From positions 1-60,695 of the IMG/VR virus record IMGVR_UViG_3300032047_000012: DNA of 60,695 bases; one strand, written 5' to 3'. Made by a program: the position numbers and the translations under genes. The notes below the pieces were generated by a model. It did not search any database. It was not told the origin of the DNA and saw nothing but the letters and a program-made list of their open reading frames with translations. Origin of the DNA: a virus. Its lineage: Duplodnaviria > Caudoviricetes. Below are positions 9,409-21,400 of this stretch, in pieces; position 1 is the stretch's first letter, and each line of letters begins with the position of its first letter.

Positions 9409-12400
9409 TCTTCGTCCCCTGTTCTCTCATATTGTTGACGAGGGTCAACCTCTTTTTCAGAGTTAACCTCTACTTGAATCATCTCCAACATTGTGAAGTA
9501 GTCATATGGGTAATTATACCCGTATTCAGGTTCTTTCGTGCCAACCTCAAAATCAAATTTGAATCTGCTGTCATCTCTTGAATCTTGGGTCATCTTGTAG
9601 TAGCTTTTCTCCGCCTTTCTCTTTACCTTGAAAGTCATCCAGCGAATACCCTCTGGTAGTTCTCCCATATTTCCAAAGAACTCGTGCTTGTTGATTTCGT
9701 GGTCAATTTCAACAGAGTCAAGCATTGCTTTTTTCGCAATCTTTGGCTGCACGCCCTGCCAAATGTTAGAAAGATCTTCTCTATCAAGCGTGTGCTTGAA
9801 TTCAAAGAAATACATTACAAATGGATCTTGGTTCTCAAAGGTTTCAAAGTCGTAAAGTGGCGGAACATTGTACTTTTTCATACCTTCAATCATATTCGTT
9901 ATAGAAGTTTGTCGAATTTCTTCTCCTGCCTCGTTTGTATATATAACACCATTGATGTTGTGTTTGCGCTCTTGCTCCCTATATTCTAACTTATTAATCT
10001 TGATAAAGTTCTTATCGTCGACCAGTACGGTAGCAGGACTGCCAAGTGCTCGAATGGGCTTGTCCAAGAAAGGTATCATTACAACTGCTTCTGTTATTTC
10101 TTTTTCGTCAGCGACTCGTCCTACTTGCTTGGTCTCTGGTGTGAAACCACAAACCTCAATAAGTGAATTTTTTGAGTCGGAAGTGCCCTGTGGAAAACTT
10201 TCTCTTATAGAAATTGTTACTCCATTTCCGTCTTGCTGTTTGCCGTAGCCTGCCCAAATGCCTGAACCAGTTCTTTTGTCTTTTATGAACCTTTCTGTAT
10301 TTTGAGTGTTCAAATAAGAGGATGTGTAATCATAAGTACCAGAGTCAGTTGTCTTGCTCAAAGTTTCCTTTGACTCCTTGTTGATCCCGAGTGCATCCAA
10401 GGTTCCTTCGTCTGAAGCGTTGGAGGAATCCGAGAAATCAAATAGAGGGCATTCGAATTTGGTATAGATAACCCAAGTATCAAGTTCCGTATTGTTTGCT
10501 GAACTTATGGCTGTTGGGCTTCCATCAGCATCAAATTCTTGCCTGCTGATCTTTGTCTTTCCAAATAAGTTAATACTCGAATCAAGTGGCATCTTTGACG
10601 TCCAAGCAGCAGAGTTTTCAAAATCTCCGTCGAATGGGTCTTGCGTGGATCCAGCACCAGTATCCGAAGTGTTCGATAGATTCTTCCCTCGGAATAAACT
10701 AGCAGCCTGTTTATTTTCATACTGAACTGTTGATTGTTCTAAAATCTCGTCCAGCGTGTATTTTTTAGTTTCTGTTGCTGTGAATGCAATTCTCGCCACT
10801 GACTCTCCATAGAAATAAGGAGGAGTATATGGAGCATATGCTGGGTCTTCAATCTTTTCAAACGAGCCAGATTTAGGGTCGATAAACAACCAGTCTTCAG
10901 TTGTGTTGACATAGCCGCTGGGTGGTCCAAAGTATCGACCGCCGAGTGAGCCTGGGCTTCTAACTACTGAAGACTCCTTACTTTGTCGTAAAGCAACATC
11001 CATGTAATAAGTAGAGCCCGAGGTCATTGCTGAAAATTCGTTTTCTGGTCTTGAACTAAATGAAGATAGTTGCTCTTCTTTTATAAAGAATTTTACGGTT
11101 TCTGACAAGAAGTTGTTCATTGCTAGTTCATATCTAAAGTCTTTCTTTCCTGCGGAATCTCCACTTAATTCGAAGTAAGGGTAGCAATATTCGTCATAAT
11201 TGCCAGTCGAGGGGATTGTCTCGAAGAATGAGTTATAATAAGATGAATTCATCAAAAAATGTTGATTACTCTTTTTCTCTACATAAATCTCTACTGACGG
11301 GTCTGGCTTGTATCTCTCGTTGTTAGTCCCATCAAGCAAATATTCAACGGGGTTTAATAAAGATTCAAAAGGGAGTCGCTTATTTGGCGAATTAGTAGTA
11401 ACGAGAGTGTCGAGTTTTTGACCAAAATCCAGTTGATGAAACTGACCGTAAAGGTGACTAACAACATCTGCTCCTGTGGGGATAGTATCTCCAATCCTAG
11501 CGGGGTCAAGACTTCCTAAAGTATAAGGATCTACAACATCTGCTCGGTGAAGCCTAAACCAGTATGGAGTAGCGTCTTTTAAATATTTTGTTTGAGGGTT
11601 GCCGCTGGTATCGAAAACCTGAATTGTTTGACCAAAATAACTTGGCTCCATTCCGCTCTCATTTGTATATGTTACCCAGTCACAAGCGATGCCTGCCTTG
11701 ATTGAGTTGTAGAGAATACCAGGAGCAAAGAAGTGTTGTAATGCTGCTTGAATTGCCTGGTCTTTATAAACCTTTTCGTTGTGAAGAATATCTGGTGAGA
11801 CTTTTTCTACGAACAAGTTTGCTAATTGTACTGTTCTATCTTGCGGATAAAACCCTTCATAAGGAAGAAGCTTCTTTATAGCATTTACTTTTAATCTAAC
11901 CTTCTTTGTAGTTTCTAGTCCAAGTTCGTCGTGCTTTGCGTCGGCAGCTTCAATAAAATTGATGTCATCCGTATGAACATAAGAGTTAAAGAACTCCTCA
12001 TCCCACTGACCTTGGGTTACAACCTTGTCGTAACTTGGAACGCCGATTCTATGCCAAACAGAAAGGCTTGCTTCTATCAACTGTTGTTTTGCTACGGTAT
12101 AATTTAATTCGAAATCTACCAGGTTGATATTGGGGGAATTCGCACTCCCCTTCACATGAATCGCTCTCGGCGTAGAGGTATCACTAGAGACGTCGAATTC
12201 GTCGTTATCTACGGTCGCAGGCACTGGTATAGAAACAGACCCAAATGGGGACCAGGTAGTCTGTATCTCTGTGGTCTCGTACAATCCATTTCCAACAATT
12301 TGACCATTTGCAACAAGTTCATTTACGTTGTTTGGAACGCCATTATTGTATATTGCAGCAATAGATGATGAAGGTAAAATGCCTCTAAACATTGTAAATT

Positions 12401-15400
12401 CGTCAAGAAGACCTCTGAATCTGTTACTAGACGCCTCCATTCCTAGCCTTGCGACAAATGCGTGTTCCATATTTCTAAGTTGTAGGTTATCAGTAAATTC
12501 AGAGGCATCGTAATCTTCGAACCAAGGTTTAGTCCCACCATGCTTCCACTGACCGATTGGACAAGGAGAATATCCCTTAATAGTAGACCTACCTGACCAA
12601 TTTACATCCTCTAATTCTCGAATATGAACTCCATAAAGCTCCTCACCGTTGAGCCACATTTTTATCAAAAAGTTTAAATTAGGGTTGGCAATACTGTCTG
12701 TCTCTGGTGGGACTACTTGCAAGATTATATTATTCATCTTCCCGTTTTCTAAAAATGCCACAGAGCCGTCAGATTTAAAGAAAGTGTAAACGGTAGAGTC
12801 GTCGTTTACAGTTTGCCCTGGGAGTCCATTATCCGTATTATCAGTTACAACGAAGGTTAAACCAAGATTTCTGTAGTCTGAACCTGTAGATTCTCCATCA
12901 GAGTAGTAATATTGAGAAAATAGGCAAACTCTGTTTTCGCCTTCAGTGTCAAATAAACTCCATACACATTTGGAAGTACTTGTATAAGTTTCTTCTGGTT
13001 GAGCCCAGATGGAAATCGCAATTGGGTCTGGAGTGTCTGGTAAAATCCCACCTACAAGATCTGTAAAAGTCAAGGCGTTGGGACCCTGGGGTGTAGCACC
13101 TGGTGTTGTGGATTCGTCGTTAGAGAAGTTATCCAGCGTAATATCCAGGTAATCGAGAACCGAAGAAATAAGATTAAACTTACCTGCTGCGCTGATTCCA
13201 TCCTGGTAAGGTTCAATAGAAATATAATTCTCAACATCTGATGCAAATATCTCCACTTCGGAGTTTACACTGTTTGTGATATCAAAATTACTACCAGCAG
13301 GACTGTGGATCGGATTGTATCCAAAGAAGCCTTCGGCGTTGTTCTTTACGAGTGCAGTGTCCGTAGAAGACGTCGGATAAGCGGCGATGGCTAATGAGTC
13401 ATCTTCCTTTTTGAGAGAATAGAATGTAGAAGTTTCTTTTATAGAAGTTCCGCTTGATAAAGTATGGGACTCTCCGTCGTGGCTTGCTCCGTCAAGAGTA
13501 AGGAAATCATAATTCTTTGTTCTAAAATTACCGCCGTTCTCTAAAATGTACTTGTCCATATGCTCTGATATTCTGAACTCGGATACAAGACCATAGTTTT
13601 GTGCTGCAAGTTTGACTTCTTCTGAAAAGGAATCATAGTCGTTGTAGTTTGCTTTTTGACCAGAAGTAATAGGCTTTCTATTTATCCAACCTTCTGATTC
13701 TTTATAATTCTCATTATAAGGGTTATGGTAAAGCTGCGGTGAAGGAATCGGTGCTGTTTTGTTTCTAGTAATTTCGCTTGAAAAATACACAGGTACAAAA
13801 TCGCTAGAAGTTGCCTGTGGTTCGCAGATGCCTTCCAGACCCAAGAAAGAGCCTGTTGAACTTGTACCATTCAATGGGTGAGAAGAATCGGTCAAGTCCA
13901 AGTCTTTTCTTGTAATCATATGGCGCATCCTGGCTTCGCCCATATAAGTCAAGTCACCAATAACTTTGTAATACTCATTATCTGTAGAGTCTGTCTGGTG
14001 GAAGTGAAAGCTATCCATAACATCTACTGAAAACTTCTGCTTGAACAATCTCTTAAACTCAGGAGTCATTTCATACCCAAGTTTTGTTGTGTTAGAACAC
14101 TTGACTCTATCAAACATTTTGTCTTTCCAAAAGAACTTATAAGTATCGAACTTTGTTCGTGTTCTTGTCTTTCCAAGACCAACGTTTTTATGCTTTGGAA
14201 AGATAATCTCTCTTGCGACTGAACTAGAAAAGAGGAGTTCTGCCTTCTTGAAGATTTCCATTAAAGTCTCAGAAAACCCCTCTCCACCTGTCTTATTAAT
14301 ATCGACGGCACGAGTTAACATTTCGTTTGAGAACATTTCCAAGTTGTTGGAATAAGAGTAGCTTATAGGGTTGGAATTTGTAACAATACTGCGACGCCTG
14401 ACTTCCATGCGCTCTGGAGACTCTAGTTCTCCACTTTCTTCACGAATAAATGTATCGTATCTTTCATTTAAGACATGGTGAGTATTTGGTTTATTCCAGA
14501 CAACTGCTGGTTCAATATAAGAAGTTACGGTTCTTTCTGTGATCCCAACGCCAGAAGCAGGAACTAATTGAGAATAAGTGTTGGTCCTTCTTTGATTCAT
14601 AACTGCTGCTTTTTCAACATTTCTTATGAATCGCCAGCCTCCGCCTTGGAAGTCAGCATATGGAGCATCATAACCTTCGTTGCCCTTTTGGACGTGAATC
14701 TCGTCGTAGTATCCGCTAAACATAACTGGAATAGAGCCAGAAGCACACTGATGGTGGGGGTGTATATAATCGGCAGCACCTGTTCTGTATTTATCATAAT
14801 CTATTGACGCAGTAACAAAAGCGTATTGTAAATCTGACCTTGGTATCTGGTGGCTTACATAAGCGTTATCATAGTCTGTCGTACAGCCTGTGTCTAATGG
14901 TCTAAAGAAAGCATTTCTATTGACCTTGTGAACGGAAGGTAAGACTGGGCTAGAACTTTCATAACCTTGTGACCCTTCGTGGAACCCACTATGAGTATAA
15001 AGCCTCTTTGCGTAAGCCGAGCGTACATCCGAGTTCCTATTGTTTATTCCTGAATATGGGCTGAATTCTTCTGCGATTGCGTCAAGGTAACCTCTTGTCA
15101 TTGTAAGAGACTCGCCAGGAGCAGAGAACCTTTCTACGATAACGTGCTCTGACCTTCCTCTGTCTGGTAAAGTGAAACCTGCACTTCGCTTCCTTCTGCC
15201 TACAAAATCTATGATAGCAGTTGATTCGTCGGCTGGATCTGTACCACTATGTTCGTTACCCACTACGAACGGAGATTGATTCATCTTCGATCCAAAAAAC
15301 CTTGATGTGAACTCAATGCCCGTTGGGGTGCCGTGATTTGTCAGAACCGAGTCTTGGGCATCGTGAACTAATTTCCACCAAGAGATTATATTAGAATAGG

Positions 15401-18400
15401 AAGATAATATACTTAAGTCAAAATCATTCTGATTGTATATTTCAGTTACTTCTCCCTGTGATAGAACCTTGTCGTAAATCGCAGTACTTCTCATTTTTCC
15501 TTCATAAGAATAACCTAAACGAAGTACATTTCCCATCGCCTGCATCTCGTCGTAGACACCAGAGGTGCCTACAGAGACTGAACTTTCTACTGAATTTATA
15601 TATATTTTGACGGCAGATGACGGTAGAGCATTCCAATCCCCATTGTATGTTACCGCTATATGATACCATATACCAGGAGTAGGTGAAAAACTAGCATCAG
15701 CATAGGCAAATGATCCACCAGTCAACTGTAGTGTCAGACCATAGGAGGATGAATAAGACAGTTGATATTCTGTAGATTTCTCTAGTAATCTACTTAAGGC
15801 GTCGAGGGGAGAGGTAAAATTCACCCACATAGAAATTGTAAACGGGTCGTCATTGTCATTGTTATTTTGATTCGTAAATGATAGTGAGGAATCAGATGCT
15901 ACATCTATCTTGTCGGTGCTTTCAAAGAGCGCATATCCTTCAAGGTCATAATCGCCTAGTTGTCTCTCTGGACTTAACTTAGTTATGAAACTATTGTTTT
16001 GGGTTCTGCCAGATGTCTGAACTACTTCATAGTCTCTTGTATAATTGCCCAAAGGAGAGTTGGTTGTCGTGTTCGTCTTTATATTTCTAATGTTGACAGG
16101 GCGTTTGGCTACCTCGTCTCTTGTATATCTTGCTGCTGGATTATTAGAATCAACCTCTTGTGGGTGCTTCAAAATGCCAGAATCATCTAGGTAAAACTCT
16201 GGTCTGTCCGCAGGTGTCTGTTCTGTAAAATGTATATGCCTGTGTTGATTTCCACCAACCCAAGTCTCCGTGAATGGACCCTGCATTGGTATCTCTGCGT
16301 CATCGCCATAAGAGTCGTTGTGGTGTCCCGATATAACTGCCGTAGTGTCTATACCTGCGTCACGGTCTCTGTATCCGTAGTAAGGATAGATAGTATCACC
16401 ATCGAAGGTACTTGTTAGATTAAGTTCTGTGTCAGATATTGTGACTGTTACAGACCTCTTCACTGTGTAAAGTTTCTTCCACTCTTCATAAGTTACTGGA
16501 TTTGTTGCCAAAGTTGGTGTGATGCCGACAGTGGCTGGGTTACCTGGGATTATTCTCGTTGCTGCTCTGATAAAAGCATTTGGGTCTTTCGTCTTCGCAG
16601 AATAGTTAACTCCGCCGTGGACGCTCTTGGCTATATCTAGGTTTAGCTTGTAAGGTTTGGAGAGGGCTCTATTGGCAAAAGTTCTGCCCTCGTAAGTTGC
16701 GCCTGCTGGTGTCCTAAGGACAGGCTTGCTTTCTTCTACGAAATTCTTTGCAGGAGCGACCCCTCGGTCGACGACTTGAACCATTCCTTCTGTTGTTCTT
16801 GTGGCGACTTTTCTAAGTATCTCTCTATTATCATCGACATCAGAGTTACCAGTTGGAATGTCGGAGGCACTGACTCGCTGGTCCTTCCAAAGAAAAGTGT
16901 CCCTGCCTCCAGAAAAGCTACTATAACTTCCCGAATCGTAAGCAGGAGTCTGTCCTGAAAATTCTATAGTAATTGTAGTATTTCCCTGTACGCCTTCATT
17001 GTCTTGCACAAGGGTGACTGAGTTATCAGCAGAGATAGCTGAGATAGCGAGAGATGTAGTTGCAGTGATCGCTGATACAAACTCTGCCGCTATTGCTGTT
17101 GTACTTGACATTCCATTTACTTGGACCGCTATGTTGTTTCCAAAAATGACTTGACCAGTAGTATAAGTATTGTCATCATCAAATACAAAATTCCTTGTAG
17201 TTGAATTAGAATCTATCAGAGTAATGAATTTATTATCATAGTCAGAAGCTGTTGAGCTTGTGAAATTAATAAAAGCTGATGCAAAAGTAGGAGTGCCGTC
17301 CTTCCAACTATAAGTAAGTTCGTTGATACCTCGCATAACACCCATTGGAGGTTCGCCTGGCATCTCTAATGTTGGAAATTTGGTCCAGTATTTGTTACGC
17401 TCAAGAACGTGAGACTCAACCATATTCCTTAAGTCTGCTGAAAAGTTGCTTGATACTGGAATAAGCTCTTGTATCATAAGCCCAATAGAAGAGTCTATCC
17501 ACTTATAAAGCTCTATGTACTTTTCTAAACTTGGGACATTATTGACTTTTTCAAAATATCGTGCTCTGAATTTTTCAAGAGTCTTATACTCCATTCTGTA
17601 TCTATTGACTGGTTGACCGATAAGGTCATTGAACTCAACGATAGTAGCGAACAGATTTATCATATCGTCGGATATGACTTGATACATACTCTTTTCTGCT
17701 GCAAAAAAGTGAGTTGTTATTTGAGCATCTTTTGTAAAAGTTAAATCGTCCTGTGAGCGGATCTCAATAAGGTCTTCTGAATTTATTACTTCTGGTGGTC
17801 TGTGCTTCGCAGAGTGAACGTATTCTCTATTGACAATTTGTTTATCGTCATTTGTGAAGTGTTTGCCTCTACCAGTTACTTGACGCCCTACTAGGTTTGT
17901 GAACCAACCGTAAGTGCCAGAATACTCTACGTCCGATAACGGAGTTTCTGAAACAACTACTGCCGTACCTTGAAGGGTACCGTTATTTGAACCCACATAG
18001 TCTTTTATTCCGTTAGCACCCGTTGTATCAAGGTCATCTCCCATTTTCCACCAAGATATAATATCGCCATATACAGAAGCCTTCGACAAGTCTTTGACTT
18101 TTCCGCCGTTGTATATTTCCGTGACCTCGGCTGATGACAGAGCCTTATTAAATACTGCGGTGTCGGCGATGTAATCATCAAACGTGTTCCCAGTTGGAGT
18201 ATCTGTGCCGCCGATGGTTGTAACGATATTGTAGTTGGGCATGCCAGAATATTTAGTATTCGTCACGGTCTTGCCTGTGGTAATCTCTGTGCCATCTTTA
18301 TAAACTTTAAGACCTGAAACACTCTCACTTCCGTCATATGTAGCTGTTATAAAATGCCAATTATTAGAAGTTAGGTTTGCAACAGAGGAATTAAAATAGA

Positions 18401-21400
18401 GTCTGTTTGTAGTTGAGAATGCTGTGATTTCTGCTGCATTATAGTCTTTGTCAGCATATAAATAAACCTTTAATTTCCCGTTTACGTGCTCTACTAACCA
18501 CTCACCGAGTTGAGGCGCTGTGCCATCTCTGTCTCTTCTAGATATGATAACACCTGAATCTGTTGCGATGTTGCCGACCTTTACCCAAGCGGATATAGAA
18601 AATGGTCTGTCTGTGCCTGCACCATCTGTAAACGAGAGGTCATCGGAGTCTGCGATGTCTATCGTATCTCCGTCAGCGAGGAACTGAATTGATTTTTGAT
18701 TAACATCAGATTCAGTTATCGTATTACCCTGTGAAAGGTCATTTACAATAAATTCTCCACTTCCGTCTGTTGTTGAGACCTCGGAAAAGTCCCAGTGCAT
18801 TGCAAGTGTGTCCCTCTTGGGAACTTGTATCGTTGCAAACTCTGCATCGTGGCTATAAGCTTCTTCGCTTGGATGAAGGCGACCAAAGTTTGAAGCGTCA
18901 GAAGCGTGCGCTCTTATTTCCTCGTTCGTAACATTATCATACCAGAATAAGGTAGAAGAGATTTTTACCCTTGTATCATTATCCAGTGTATCTGTTTCGG
19001 CTGGGGTGTGCTCTGGGTCTCCAGAGCTACGCAAGGCACCAATGGATACATATTTATCTTTTGCTAGTAAAGCTCTTGCGCTTGCTTCCGTAACATCTGC
19101 TGTAACTGTTTCTTCATCCTCTACAACGTCTGCGAGCATTCTAACACAATATAACTCTGCTCTATAATCGGTCGTAGAGCCCCCAGAAACGACGCCTGAT
19201 AGACTTTTCTTGGGAACTAGTCTAACTGCTAGGTTCCACTTTGAGTTTTCGTAAACTGACTTGAAAAATTGAGTTTCTAATGTTTGTCCGTCCATCGTAA
19301 GAACGAACTTTACGTTCTCGGATGTAGCGTCAGAACCTTCTTTTACCGCTTTGAGATCAAATAAATCATTAGCGGAATATGAAGTGGTGTATTCACCCAA
19401 GTAGGCAATATGCTCTTCAAGATTGGTCGGGACATCGTACCCTGGATGGTCTGATGATATTCTTTTTGGAAAAATAACTTCTGTTTCAAACGTGAATGAG
19501 AGATTGGGCTGCCTATCATATCCAACACCTCTGATATAAGAATTGGAACTTGCGTTAGACGGGTCTTCCTTTGTATAAACAAGACCTTGGTCTCTATCTG
19601 CATTGTTGAAGTCTACAAACTTTTTCTTTATAGCAGTTGTTCTTCTTGAGTCCTCCAGCAGATAGTCTGCTCCGTCGGAGTACATATTAACCTTCAGGAG
19701 TTCGTCGTCAATACCAAAACATCGGATAAGGTTTCTAAATGCCTTTTCAGTTCCCTTTGACTTATAAATATAAGAAAGGTTGTTATAGATGTTTTGGTAA
19801 ATGGTGTTCTTTACGTCTTGAAGCTTTTCTTCAAACTTCTCTTGCTCTCCACGAGAAAGGATTTCCTCAAAGGCACTTGCTTCTGTGAAAAGGTCTGGAA
19901 CAATCATTCCCGCTGATTCTAATGTTCTTCTAATCAAAGAGTAAGGTTTATTTGTCCTTTCCTCTAGCGTGTGATATTCAATATCCTTGAGACTCACAAG
20001 CTCTTTAATTTTCACCTGGGCTGAATCAAAGTAACTACTCATTACCTGGGTTAGTTCTTTTGTATTTTCGCCCGAAGCTTCATCTTCTTCAATAATCCAA
20101 GCTGGGAGCGTATGATAAATGCTTGAGTTATTATTGTAATCATAAACAAGACCCGTATCCATATAAAGTTTTTTTGCAGAAATGAAATCGGGATGAGATG
20201 AATATATAATAAAGTCTTTTTCTTCTGCTACTTCGAACAAACCTGATTCGTCAAAAGCTGAAGTCGTGGCTCTCGCTGTGGTGGTATAATTTGTTATTGT
20301 TCCGTTTGAAATTCTTCCAGAATAGTCTAGAACTGTTGAATCGATTGCAGCATCAGTTGTGATACCTTCATTAAACTTGTAATAGATACCAAGGTCTACT
20401 TTTCTGTTCTCTGTATTATACTTATTATCGTCAGTATTAGTTCCGCCGTTGACGTTGGTCAGCCAGTAGCGACCTATCTCTTCTGCTGTCCTAACTCTTT
20501 TCCAGAAACGAAACTCGTCAAGGTAAAGACCGTTGACCGTGTTGGTTGATGCTGCGGTGCCGTTGGCTAAAAGATATGTCGTTTTTTGAGATACCGTACC
20601 GAGGTTTGTACCACTGGTTATTGTGCCTACAATAGTTCCGTTCTTATAAATCTCTGCTTTTATATTTGAACCAGAATTAATAAATGAAAATGCATAGTGA
20701 GCCCAAGTAGTTCCGAGCAAGTCAGTTATTGTTGTTTCACCAGAAACTCCACTCAATCCAACATCAGCGTCGTCGGTATAAACTAGTGAAACCTTATTAG
20801 TGGTAGTGTTAAACTGAACCTGTATTCTGTTCCCATTTTCATTTCCTACAACTACTGGATAAACATCTCCTGAAACCGAAGCTTCTAGTTTTGCCCAGAA
20901 TTCAATAGTGTTCCCGAGGGTTCCGTCAATATACAGGTTAGAATTTCTATAAATGGAAGTGTCCCAAATATTTGAGTTACCCTGCTTTACTGGATATTGC
21001 TTTGAGAGTTCTTCTTTTTCGCCCTCTGTGATGCCTGGCTGGTTGTTTGGACCGCCCTTTACAACAATAGATTGGTTTGTTCCTAATTTTACGTGACCTG
21101 CTGCTTTAGGGTAAGCGTTGTCAAGAATCCAAAGGTCTAGCTCGGATGAGTCATATAACCACTTCTCTTTTTCAGAAAGTGAGCCGTCGTATGGATAAGT
21201 CTGGTATACTCTGTTGAAAGAATCTTCATAATATTTTTGAGCGGAACCATAGAAGGCAAAGTTCTCTGGTTTTGAATAATCAATGTGAGAATGAAACTTA
21301 TTATTTGCTCTTACTACATCTCTTACGAGTTCTGTTGATTCAAGATCTGATTTTATCTTTGCTTCTTGACTTTTAGTAAGAACCTTGTTTCCCTTTTTGA